A stretch of DNA of 64,000 nucleotides from Eledone cirrhosa. Taxonomy: Eukaryota. Location of the stretch: the NCBI GenBank assembly GCA_964016885.1, contig OZ024740.1, forward strand, positions 91,140,001 through 91,204,000, written 5' to 3'. Positions within the stretch are counted from its first letter, which is position 1; the number at the start of each line of letters is the position of its first letter. Below are positions 12,962 through 25,210 of this stretch, in pieces. The translations under genes and the position numbers were made by a program. The notes under the pieces are model-generated. The model did not search any database. It worked only from the letters and a program-made list of their open reading frames with translations, and was not told the origin of the DNA.

Positions 12962-13925
12962 TAGAATTTAACAAAAAATGAACACAGATATATTCATATA
13001 TGTGTGTTCAAATCACAAGGGACCAGATTCGCTAATGTAAAAGGAATACTATCTATAGACAATTGGGGTTGCTCGTCTCAATTTAAGAAAAAATCAAGAA
13101 AATAGATACAAGCCGGAATGTGGTAACTACCAATCACTCAGACAAGTTGGTGTTTTTTCGCAATGTCAATTTTGAATAGAATTACCAATTCAAGCTCAAC
13201 AGTGGGTGATGAATTAGTATCCTAGACACTTCCAAGTATATTAAGAAACTGAATAGCGTGCTATATATATTAGCGTACATGGCATCCTAGCCCTTCTCAC
13301 AAACTTACACAACTAAAAATTGCAGCCAGGTTTATTCGACATTTGGAATATCTCAACAAATTAACGGAGCTGAATATATCAAAGGTATATATTGGTATAT
13401 ATTGAGTTAGGAACTCAAAATAGTCTCTTACAACAAAATAGCTCTATGAAAGAGATATGTCCGAGCAGTATATTATAATAGAATATTTAAAAAAAACGAA
13501 CACAGATATATACATAAATGTGTGTTCAAATCGCAAGGGACCAGATTCGCTAAGGTGAAAAGAATACTAACTAAAGACAATTGGGTTGGTTGTCTCAATT
13601 TAAGAAGAAATTAAGAAAATAAATACAAACCGGAATTGTGATAACTACCAATCACCCAGATAACTTGGTGTTTGTTTCGCAATGTAATTGTGAATATAAT
13701 TACCAATTCAAGCTCATCAGTGGGTTATGAATTAGTATCCTAGACACGTCTATGTATATTAAGAAACTGAATAGTGCGCTATATATAATAGCGCACATGG
13801 CATCTTAGCGCTTCTCACAAACTTACACCGCTAAAAATAGCAGCCAGGTTTATTCGACATTTGAAATAGCTCAACAAATTAAGGGAGCCGAATATATTAA
13901 ATATATATATTGAGTTAGGAACTCA
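12957..13925 (-). repeat. Tandem dimer of a 518-bp non-coding unit, each unit carrying an HHR
   Basis: gaacacagatata...cacaagggaccagattcgc at about 12980 and about 13498; both units end ttgagttaggaactca. HHRs lie at 13133-13210 and 13651-13728 on -. Confidence 0.85.
13651..13728 (-). ncRNA. Type I hammerhead ribozyme (second copy at 13133-13210)
   Basis: Reverse complement: accca CTGATGA gc...gtaatt-atattcac-aattac...gc GAAA caaacaccaagtt ATC tgggt. Copy 1 has a GTC triplet and a CTGTTGA core. The consensus gives an 8-bp stem I and a caa/ttg stem III. Confidence 0.72.
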
Positions 13926-14099
13926 TATCACTTATCTAATTAAATATCAGGCAAAAATGATAGGGTGCCAGATTTATTAGAATATTTAAATGTTAGTTGT
14001 AAGATTATTAATGTTCCTATAATAAATTCAATATTGCATAGTTTTATGAAAACAATAATTCTTGATCAGTAATACTAGATCAGAAATATATATAATTTT

Positions 14100-14670
14100 A
14101 ACAGCTTGTAAAACTGCATAAATTAATTAATAAAAATATGATTAATCTATCATTCTCAACGACACAATTTTCTTTTAGTAACGATAGGAAAATCAAAATG
14201 TTTATTAAATCGTTTCAACTAAATAATAATACCCAGCCATTGAATACTAACTCTATAATTAATCTAAATTGTAACTGTAGAGATAAAAAAAATATATGCC
14301 CACTTAAACGTAAATTTTAAACTAGTAATATAGTAAACAGTTGCACATTTAACACCTTTCGACAGTCTAAATTTTACATACGAGCTACCAAATATATTTT
14401 CAAAAGAAGATTTAATTCACTTTATCATTCTTTTAGGAAGCCCAAACTAAAACAATATAGCTGAGAATTAATGATAAGAATATAACCTATCATTGAATAA
14501 GGAAATATTATGTAGATCCTCCGCCTATAAACCTTTCAAAAGTATATGTAGAGTATGTCTCCTTGAATATCAGCTCATCGCAATATCTGAAGCTAACCTT
14601 TTAAATAGGAAATCATAAATAATGTCCACTAGTCCAAATGAAAATAACCTTCCAAATATTACAAACCGAA
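14100..14670 (+). pseudogene. Highly decayed PLE linker/GIY-YIG fragment (PLE-3), followed by an AT-rich 3' region
   Basis: INLSFSTT, NCNCRDKKNICPL, F.RRFNS and ICRVCLLE match PLE-1, -2 and -4 motifs; many stops and frameshifts. Confidence 0.7.
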
Positions 14671-17449
14671 TAATGGATAATTAACAACTATATACTTCAA
14701 CTAGTGTATAATTTTGTATTGAATTCAGAAACATGTAATAATCTATCAATAGTCTTGAATATTTATATAGGTTATATGACACATTCGTTTATATAATACA
14801 ATATAGTTTGTTATCTAATCTTGTTTATTTTACTTTGATAATATATGCTTCACTATTATTACTAGTGATATTTTGTTTATTAATGTTTATATATTTCAAT
14901 AACATTTCTTACGTTGCAATATATTTGATAAGTATATAAGGTAAATATTGATTAGGCATATAACATAATCATACATAAATTAAACTATGTATATATACTT
15001 CAACAATTACTTAATTTTATATTGAATTCATGTATATATAGTATATGAATAGTAAATATAAATATTATTAACACTATATATTGATTGAGTTAAATATTAT
15101 CTTATCTAATCTCATTTCGGTTTGACTTTAATTATTATTGCCATTTCATTTGTTTAAAACAGCACACACATAAAACTCACTGCCATATATTATGTAAATA
15201 TTTGAAATAAATATTCAATATATTGTGATAAACACATATAGATGTAATTATATATACTTAAGAATAATACCTAGATAATTCAAAGTCGATAACATTCTTT
15301 ATAATTTTAACACAAGTATAATCCATTTCATTACCATCCTTACCCTTATATATATCGAGAAGTATAATTTTTTAAATATATTGAATAAATATATATTATG
15401 CTATTTATTTATATTAATATATTCTCTTCATTCCTTTTTACATCTAACTAAATATTATGTTTATTTAATAATTACCATTGTCTATACGATATATAATTAA
15501 AACTGTAAACATCAATATAAATTAAATCTTCACTTATATCTGTATATTCACTTGTAATAAATTCATGATTCCTTATATAGTATCAATTTTGGTTTGTAAG
15601 CTAATTGCAATTATCTATTGGCTCTGAACGATCGCATCATATCATTGAGCGAAGTTATACCTTGTAAATGATTAAGCCCTAATCTTTACTCTCCTAAATA
15701 TTATGATTATATATAAATAGTAATAATAATAAATTTGAAGACTAAAATCCAAAGAGGGCTCGATAAGGATAAATATATATCAGATATATAAGAACCGTTA
15801 AGAAAATATTTATTAAAATAACAGATTAAAGTTTAAGCAAATAATCGCTGTTTCACCCTTAACGGGATCTTCTGAAACTAAAAAAGTCAATCTGTGAACG
15901 CAGAAGTAAATATTTCAAAAAACATTGCAACAGAAGTAAGACAGGAAGACGGTACTTTGGTTCGTGAAACGTTCCCTGGCAAAGAACGGAAAAAAAGAAT
16001 AATACGTCATATTTGTTGCTGTGAAAACAATTATACGCAAAGACATAATCACGTTTATGGTATAAATGAAGTAGTAGACTAATATTATATTAGGTGATCA
16101 TGGAGACGTTCTCTGGCAATGAACGGAAAAAACGAAGATAATAAGTCATTATGTGGGTCAATGAGAACAATTACACGCAAAAGCAAAACCACGTAAATGT
16201 TATAACTGAAGTCGTAGACTAAAATTCTATTTACGAAACGGAATGATTCTCGGCTTCAGGGTTAAGAATAAAGTAAATAAAATACACAGGTAATAGAAAT
16301 TAAATATATATATACGCGGATTCTTAAACGTGCATACACCAGCATACGCGAAAACAGCCGCCATGTGTATGCAAATACAAGCACGTACAGAAAACAAAAA
16401 CAAATAAAAAACAAAACAAAAAAACATGCACACACATACATAACCCACGCAACGCCTGTACAGCACACATACGGACGTATACACCAAATACACATAAAAA
16501 TACATATAAACACGTATATATATATAGACATGTGTGTGTGTGCGCGTGTATACATAATTAAATAAACGTATATAAATATACACACATGAATACGTATATA
16601 ACGCGCGCACACACATACCCACATGTAAATACACATATATTTGCGGACGTACGTCAACCAAAATACATAGCACACATATACACACAGCCTACATACGTAC
16701 TAACCCGCATACTCACACAGACGCAAAAGTGACGTATACACATAAACAAATGCACAAGTACCAGAATATATAATATATACGTCAATAACATATACAAGCA
16801 AATATACGTACGAGAAAGTATACGTACCTTCACGAAACATACAGGTAATATATACGTACCTATACGAATAAGTAGTGGTATTAACATAACATATACTTAG
16901 CTACCACATCAACACGTAAAATATCCGCGTACAGTTCCTACTATCCGTTGGGGTATAATGTCGGGCTGTAATACAGAATAGTTTTGTTCAATTTATGTTT
17001 ACAAGCCGAAATTGCCTCAGATTTCTTTTTTAAGATGTGGTCTATGGCGTAGAGTATTTCCAGGGCTTCAGCGGCGCAGATGTCACATGGTATTTTATTT
17101 CCGTTATACGATCTAGCCTTAGCTAGGATCTTCCAGTGTAACTTATATTAGGTGTGCTTGTCTTTTAGACTCCAGATATAAGCTGAGAGTGACTTCATAT
17201 TCCTTCTTATAGGGTTAAGAAAAGAATGTGTATGCATGTAAAGACGCTGCTTGAATCTATTGGCAGTTAACGTTATGTAGGCTCTTAGACAATGTTACTG
17301 GAGAGGCATTTCCGGATATGGGGCAGCCAACCCGATTGCTACAATTAGGGTTAGTACTAGCTACAGGGTTGCACGTGTTCCTACGGCTAGGTAATTTAGC
17401 TACATTTGAAGCCGTGATGTTATGTGCAAGGGTAGGGATCGTATAATAT

Positions 17450-19500
17450 TTTTACAAAGAACATACCCGTCCAAAGCAGGAACACATACCTAAAACTCCT
17501 GATACAGAAGTCAGACGCGTTCATTAAAAGTTTGCGTTGGCGTGCTTTTAATTCGATAATCAAGGAAAAGCAGACAACAAACAGGATATATTTGGGTTTA
17601 AAACCTTATAATAACCGTCCTAATAACCCAGCATTGCTACCATTCGAAAATGATGTCTTGGAACTCATACAGAGTATCACATTTCGGAATAGAAGCAATT
17701 CATTCCAGCAGGACCTGGAGAATAGAATTCATTCTATTAATGATTCTAATGCCGTGCATATCCATTCCAACAAAACTGGCAATCTATATCAAGCGAAGCG
17801 CAGTATTTAGCATCAACTGCTACATAATGCTGTAACTAAGGATTACCGTAAAAATAATCGGAGCGTTATTAATGAAATCACCGATGCTGGATTTAATATC
17901 ACCGCTGATATTAACATACTGGACCGGACCGAACCTCTAAACCTTATTTATCACCCCTTTACACTGAAGGATCACAAATCCAATTTCCCGAACAACCCCT
18001 CTATTCGGCTTGCTAACCCTACGAAGTCCGATTTAAGTAGACTAAGTAAAATTATATTAAATAGAATTATACCTGAAATTAGAAGTTTGGCCCCTCTTGC
18101 ACTGTGGAACAATTCTTTCGCAGTGATTGATTGGTTCAACGGTATATGCAACAAGGAACATTGCCGTTTTATCCAATTCGACATCAATAATTACTACTAC
18201 TCCATCACTTTTCCATCACTTTTCCACTTCTTCTTAGAGCTATCAATGTTGCTAAAACATTCACAGTGGTTAAGGATTTCGAAGTCGGTGATTAATTTCG
18301 ACGACTCTATTTGGATTAAAATTCTAATAGTACCCCATTCGACTTGACTATGGGCGCCAGAGGTGCTGCGGAAGTTACTGATCTTATCGGCATTTCCCTC
18401 TTTTCTCTATCAAGGAAGAATGCCCCAACATGGGCGGTGGTTTGTACCGTGATGACTGTCTTTTGACCATGACAAATTGCGGTACAGGTGCTTGCGACAG
18501 GTTCAGAAAATAATTCACAGCCTCCTTTAAATGTTTCAACCTCTCCATACAGGTTGAGGCCAACCTCTCAGTCGTTAATTACCTCGACGTTACCCTCGAT
18601 TTATCGAATGGCTTGCACTACCCGTATAGAAAGCCGAGTGATACTCTTAATTACACAAGTAAACATTCTAACCATCCTACCAGCATAACCAAGAACCTGG
18701 CAAGAAACGTTTCCTTGAGGCTTTCCCATCTATCTACAAACGACCATATTTTCACCGAACTTTCCACATATTAAAATGAAGTTCTTGCTCGGAGGGGATT
18801 TGTCGATAAGGTAGCTTATACAGAGTACGAGAATAGACCTAGGAAAAATAGATCCCGACGCATTATATGGTATAACCCACCATATAATATGGAGGTGGCC
18901 ACACCTTAGCTAAGATCTTTCTCTCCCTTATTATGAAGCATTTCCGCCCAGCAGATACATATAGTAAAATTTGTAATAGAAATAACATTACAATTTCTCA
19001 TTCTACGACTCCTAACCTTGCACATAACATCACAGCTTCAAATTTAGCTAAATTACCTAGCCGTAGGAACACGTGAAATCATGTAGCTAGTATTAACTGT
19101 AATTGTAGGAATCGGATTGACTGCCCCTTATCCGGGAAATGCCTCTCTAGTAACATTGTCTACAAATGTAAGGTGGAAACACCCACGACCCGTAAGACCT
19201 ACATAGGGTTAACCGCCAATAGATTCAAGCAGCGTCTTTACATGTAAACCCATTCTTTTCTTAACTCTTTAAGAAGGAATGTGACGTCACTTTCAGCTTA
19301 TATATGGAGTCTAAAAGACAACCACACCCAATATAAATTAAACTGGGAGATCCTAGTTGAGGCTAGATCGTATAACGGAAATAAATGACCATGTGACCTC
19401 TGCGCTGCTGAGGCCGTCGAAATACGCCAAAGACTATATCTTAATAAAAAAATCTGAGGCAATTTCGGTTTGTAAACATAAATTGCACAAAACTTTCCTG
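17450..19500 (+). pseudogene. PLE RT + GIY-YIG ORF with multiple frameshifts and stops
   Basis: Motifs TKNIPV.SRNTY.KLL, LRWRAF, PFEND, TLKDHK, FIQFDI, TMGA, GGLYRDD, NYLDVTLDL, NCNCRNRIDCPL, IVYKC...YIGLT..RFKQRLY and CDLC. Confidence 0.88.
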
Positions 19501-20286
19501 TATTACAGCCCCACATTATACCCTAACGGATAGTACGAACTACTTTGTGTTTTGCTTAACGTAGGTCCGCAAACATATGTGTACTTACATGTAGTATGTG
19601 TGTGTGCGCGTTATATACTTATTTATGTGTGTATATTTATATACGTTTATTTAATTATGTATACACGCACACACACATGTATATGTATATATATATATAT
19701 ATGTTTATATATATATATATATGTTTTTATATATATATATATGTATACGTTCGTATGTGTGCGGTACAGGGGTTGCATAGGTTCTGTATGTGCGTGCGTA
19801 TTTTTTTTCTGTACGTGCTTGTATTTGCATACCCATGGCGACTGTTTTCGCGTATGCTGGTGTATGTACGTTTATGAATGCGTGTATGTATATATTTAAT
19901 TTCAATTACCTCTGTATTTTATTTATTTTATTCTTATCTCTGAAGCTGAGAATCATTCGGTTTCCCAAATAGAATTTTAGTCTACGACTTAAGTTATACC
20001 ATTTAGGTGGTTTTGTCTTTGCGTGTAATTGTTTTCATTGGTCCACATAATGCCGTATTCTCTTCGTGTTTTCTGTTCATTGCCAGAGAACGTCTCCATG
20101 CACAATCTAATAGTATATTAGTCTACGACTTCATTGATACCACAAACGTGGTTTTGTCTTTGCGTGTAATTGTTTTCACCGCACCAAATAATGAAGTTCC
20201 ACGAACCAAAGTATCGTCTTCCTGTCTTCCTCCGGTTGCAACGTTTTTTGAAATATTTACTTCTGCTTTCACATATATACTTTTTT

Positions 20287-20340
20287 AGTTTCAGAATATC
20301 CCGTTAAGGGTGAAAGCAGCAATGATTCTTTGCTTAAACT
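20287..20340 (+). ncRNA. Hammerhead-like motif with a variant core (copies at 15830-15879 on - and 22192-22241 on +)
   Basis: agttt CAGAA(G/T)A tccc-gttaa-gggt GAAA gca...tgc TT aaact. Stems I, II and III are all present, and U4 is replaced by A in all three copies. Confidence 0.5.
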
Positions 20341-20373
20341 TGAATCTTTTATTTTAATAAATATATAAATATA

Positions 20374-20528
<155 letters not shown>

Positions 20529-20599
20529 GGTGTCGGATGCTTAAACCATCCGTATGCGGTAGGCCGTTTGAGCACTCGATACTTTCATAGAACGGATTG

Positions 20600-20872
20600 A
20601 TATCACGGAACAAAACAATCAGTGTTGCGACGAATGGAATTTATTGGATATATTACAATTGTCTGAATGTCGACCACCTCGATGCACGATCGATGCGATG
20701 ATCCAACCTGACTCGCTTCGTAGAATCAACACGTATCTGATGACCTTGCGATTTACAGAGTCAGGTTCGATCGTCACTTCGATGATGCCTTGAGGAGGTC
20801 GCCAGTGAAACGATTGTAATATGTCCAATAAATTTCATTCGTCACAACACTGATTCTCTTTCTTCCGAGATA
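20600..20872 (+). mobile_element. Non-coding fold-back element (arms about 20600-20714 and 20758-20872) containing an HHR
   Basis: aatcagtgttgcgacgaatggaatttattggatatattacaat / attgtaatatgtccaataaatttcattcgtcacaacactgatt; TA-flanked. Confidence 0.75.
20731..20824 (+). ncRNA. Type I hammerhead ribozyme with an extended stem II
   Basis: acgtat CTGATGA ccttgcgatt...ggtcgccagt GAAAC gatt GTA atatgt. Stem I has 6 bp (one G-U), the core is canonical, and GUA is at 20816-20818. Confidence 0.72.
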
Positions 20873-21444
20873 TATATATATATATTAATAAAGCGGACGG
20901 CCGTATGTATGTAAGTAACAAACCTTTGGCAAAAAGGCTGCAAAAAACAGCAAACAATTTGCACCATATATGTACCTTCTTCCAAGGAAGAAAGTGAGCG
21001 TATCTTTGTTTACTAAATTACGTTATTCTTGATTAAGGATATGTTATCGTTTATTTAAAGATTCACTTCTTTAAAATGTTCATATGTCAAAACTTTCGGT
21101 TAGCCATCGCTGAAATAAACATTCATATATTTTGCAGATTATATATAATATAGTCTTTTTTTTTAATGTATCATCTACTAAATGTCTGTGTATATTGTCA
21201 ATCTCTATCTATATTAATAGAGCTGACGGCCGTATGTAAAATGAGGAGTACATTGCTGGTACTTTATTATATATAGTATATATAGTACGACATTAGGCTC
21301 TCTTTCTTACTGTGTCATTTTAGACTGATACATAGCTATAACGTCGCGCGCTTATAATATCTGTCTGTATCTCTGCCTGTTTGCGTTAACTTCGAGTCTA
21401 ACCAACTTTTAATTAATTATATGTATATATATAATTATATATTC

Positions 21445-21670
21445 GTCTACATATTTTCATCAGTAATACTGTACTATATATATTCAACAGTAATACTATA
21501 CTATATATTTTCAACAGTAGTACTGTACTATATATTTTCAACAGTAATACTGTACTACATATTTCCATCAGTAATACTGTATTACACTATATATTTTCAA
21601 CAGTAATACTATACTATAGTAGATATTTTTCAACAGTAGTACTATACTATATATTTTCAACACAAATACT
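21445..21670 (+). repeat. Minisatellite of about 27 bp (ttttcaacagtaatactgtactatata)n
   Basis: About 8 adjacent units, no spacers. Confidence 0.9.
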
Positions 21671-21852
21671 ATCTATATATCTAAAACAGAGAATGTCTGT
21701 CTTTCTGTCTGTCCAATCACTAAAACTCGAGAACCACCCAACCGATTGTTTTCAAACATTACACATGTAATACTTATGGTAACTGTGAATGTTCGGAGCA
21801 AAACATATTTCAAATTTTCAGTGCCCTATGGACCGCATTAGCCGATTGAGCG

Positions 21853-21915
<63 letters not shown>

Positions 21916-22061
21916 TCTCCCTCTCTCTCTCTCTTAGTCTTTCTCTTTTTAGATAGCTACATACATATAAAGTTGCCGCCTTATAATATATGTATGTATG
22001 TCTGCTGTCTGCATTACAACATTATGACGAAGCTGTGTGTGTATATATGTATATACAGTGG

Positions 22062-22138
<77 letters not shown>

Positions 22139-22252
22139 GTAAAGTTTTTCGAAATATTTACTTCTGTGTTCACAGATTGATTTTTTATTTTAGTTACAGA
22201 AATCCCGTTAAGAGTGAAAGCACCGATTATTTGCTTAAAATTTAATCTGTTA

Positions 22253-22322
<70 letters not shown>

Positions 22323-22364
22323 TCGTGTACAGATATTTGTGCATACACAATATCTATAATATAT

Positions 22365-22778
22365 ATGTTCAACCGTAATACTGTACTATATATTTTCAAC
22401 AGTAATACCGTACTCTATATTTTCAACAGTAATACTATGCCATATATTTTCAAGAGTAATACTGTACTATATAATTTCAAAAGTATTACTATACTATACA
22501 TTTTCAACAGTAATACTGCGCTGTACTATATATTTTCAACTGTAATACTGTATTATACTATATATTTTCAACAGAAATATTATACTATAATCTATATTTT
22601 CAACAGTAATACCGGACTCTATAGTTTTAACAGTAATACTGTACTATACATTTTCAACAGTAATACTGCACTATATATTTTCAACAATAATACTATACTA
22701 TACATTTTCAACAGTAATACTATGCTATATATGTTCAACAGTAGTAATATACAATCCTATATATTTTCAACAGTAACA
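22365..22778 (+). repeat. Second block of the same minisatellite
   Basis: About 14 adjacent units; it produces the FNSNT-repeat ORF. Confidence 0.9.
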
Positions 22779-22833
22779 TATACCACACAGACGGTTTATC
22801 AGCTGTTTATACAAGTGAATCTAGGTACGTCAG

Positions 22834-22923
<90 letters not shown>

Positions 22924-24040
22924 ATACCGTAGAACACGCCAAAGGTAGCAGGGCGCCTGGCGATGGGCCGGCTAGTATATATATATAATAAAGGAGATGT
23001 TGTCAGATAACAGGTCGAACATAACGCAAAACAGTTATCGATACATAGGGGAGTAGGGTGGGTAATAGAAAAGACTCAGCACCCTGAAATCTGAGGTCCG
23101 GCCGTTTCGACAGCAAGATCCGAACCAAGCCACCAGTATTAGAACGGCAGGGATCTAGGTGATCTTATCAAGGGGTACAGTCCAAATATGGCCATGCAGT
23201 CAAAACAAAAGCAGAAATATCAAAGCAAAAAATCCTAAAAATGTGTAGTGTTTCTTGTCTGTCACGGGGAGTGGTCAATGATTTGGGATGTCATATACAT
23301 AGTTAAATTCCTTCATCGAGGCGAGGAGGGGTGGGGGGGGGGGGGTGAACAGACCGGAAGAACAAAGGGGATGGATTAAGAAGACAATCTGAAGTATGGG
23401 TGTCAAGCCAGTCAGGCGTGAAGAGAGAAATATATATAACCATCTTTTATTTATAGAGACAGTAACCTACAATTTAAAGTGGTAATAATATAATTTCACC
23501 GTGTAAGATTCAAAGAAGGTAGTTAGAGATGTTATGTTAAGTATGCCTAATCTAACACTCAGCTAAATAGCCAACCATTTAGATTAGGCATGTGTAACCT
23601 GCGGCCCGAGAAGCTTTCTGAATTACTGGATGGTTCCCTGGAGCTGTATATATATATAATTATGTTATAAACAACATAAGACAATTATTCCATTTACCAA
23701 AGGTTTCACGGAGACAGACGAGCTCAACAGATACGTCGAAATCGCCGATCAGAATGATAATTAAATATGTAAGTAAGATATGAATTTAAAAACAAAGGAT
23801 ATTACATTTGAAAGCGAGGCTGAAATATAATAAAATATAGATAGGAAATAAAATAAAATAATTGGAAAAATATACACACTGATGCAGAACGTAAGGTTAT
23901 GGGGTAAACAATAAATATATATACATATATATATACCTATGTACATATACTCACACACATACATATACATATACATACGTACATACACCACATACATTCA
24001 AACATACATACATACACACATACACACACACACATGCACT

Positions 24041-24076
<36 letters not shown>

Positions 24077-24179
24077 TAAATATATACATATATGTATATT
24101 TAGAGAAGCAAATACCTGGATTAAATCCTTTTCTTAATGCTTACCTGTGTTTTCTCTTTTATACATATATGTATATACA

Positions 24180-24525
<346 letters not shown>

Positions 24526-24727
24526 TAATACAATAACAGAGATAGTTTAAAGCTAAACTCTGACTGGTAACCATCTCACTCAACAAACATTAGGTTATAT
24601 TTAAATATAAACCCAATTTAAGTGTTTGGGGTGCTAACAATATGTATAATGTGGAAAAAACAGTTGTATTATTTTATGAGATATAATTAAAGTTAAAGTG
24701 TATCCCTCTCTATATATATATATAAAG

Positions 24728-24826
<99 letters not shown>

Positions 24827-24907
24827 TTGTGTATAATGGTAGCTATGGTGCTTCCATAGGCGGTATGCCAAAATTAGCACTCACTCTTCAACAGAGTAGA
24901 GAAGGGA

Positions 24908-25210
24908 TAGTATAAAAAAACGAAAAATCAGTGATGCATCTGGACTCAATGTATTGCGTGTTACAGTTGTTTCGCCGGCAGGTAGCTCGAGACATGGTCA
25001 CTGTATGGATCTGGCTGAATCTACGGCTGCAGGTCCTTCAGACATGGGTAGTTTTCTCCGAACGAACTACCGGTGTCTGAAGGAACCTGCAGCCGTAGAT
25101 TCAACCAGATCCATACCGTGACCATGTCTCGATCTACAAGCCGGCGAAACAACTGTAACACGCAATACATTGAGTCCAGATGCATCACTGATTTTTCGTT
25201 TTTTATACTA
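24908..25210. mobile_element. Non-coding fold-back element (arms about 24908-25052 and 25065-25210) with an HHR-like motif
   Basis: Near-perfect inverted arms; gtgt CTGAAGG a...ggc GAAAC aact GTA acac at 25073-25161. Confidence 0.75.

Larger units (their letters stand above)
15807..20363 (+). mobile_element. Penelope-like retroelement (PLE-4) with a long inverted copy of its 3' end (arms about 15807-17448 and 19000-20363)
   Basis: 16917-17448 is the reverse complement of the GIY-YIG region 19000-19540; 15807-16660 is the reverse complement of 19555-20363. The element ends in (TA)n. Confidence 0.88.
20880..22975 (+). mobile_element. Cluster of nested non-autonomous Helitron pieces with an internal 27-bp minisatellite
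   Basis: Helitron-type 5' ends (tctatatattaatagagctgacggccgtatg near 21208; tctatatatctaaaacagagaatgtctg near 21672, homologous to 42295 onward) and a GC-rich 3' end finishing in CTAG-T at 22972-22976. Confidence 0.55.

Noticed and set aside
15620-15665. ctgaacga...gcgaag at the end of PLE-3 as an HHR
   Set aside because: The position is suggestive, but both core boxes are altered and stem I is not evident.
22365-22988. 207-aa FNSNT-repeat ORF, or a possible CRISPR-like array
   Set aside because: It is a 27-bp minisatellite with no unique spacers, in a eukaryotic repeat context with no cas genes.
23690-23740. Minus-strand CTGTTGA...GAAACC-ttt-GGTA motif
   Set aside because: The core is mutated and stems I and II are poor; too degraded to call.
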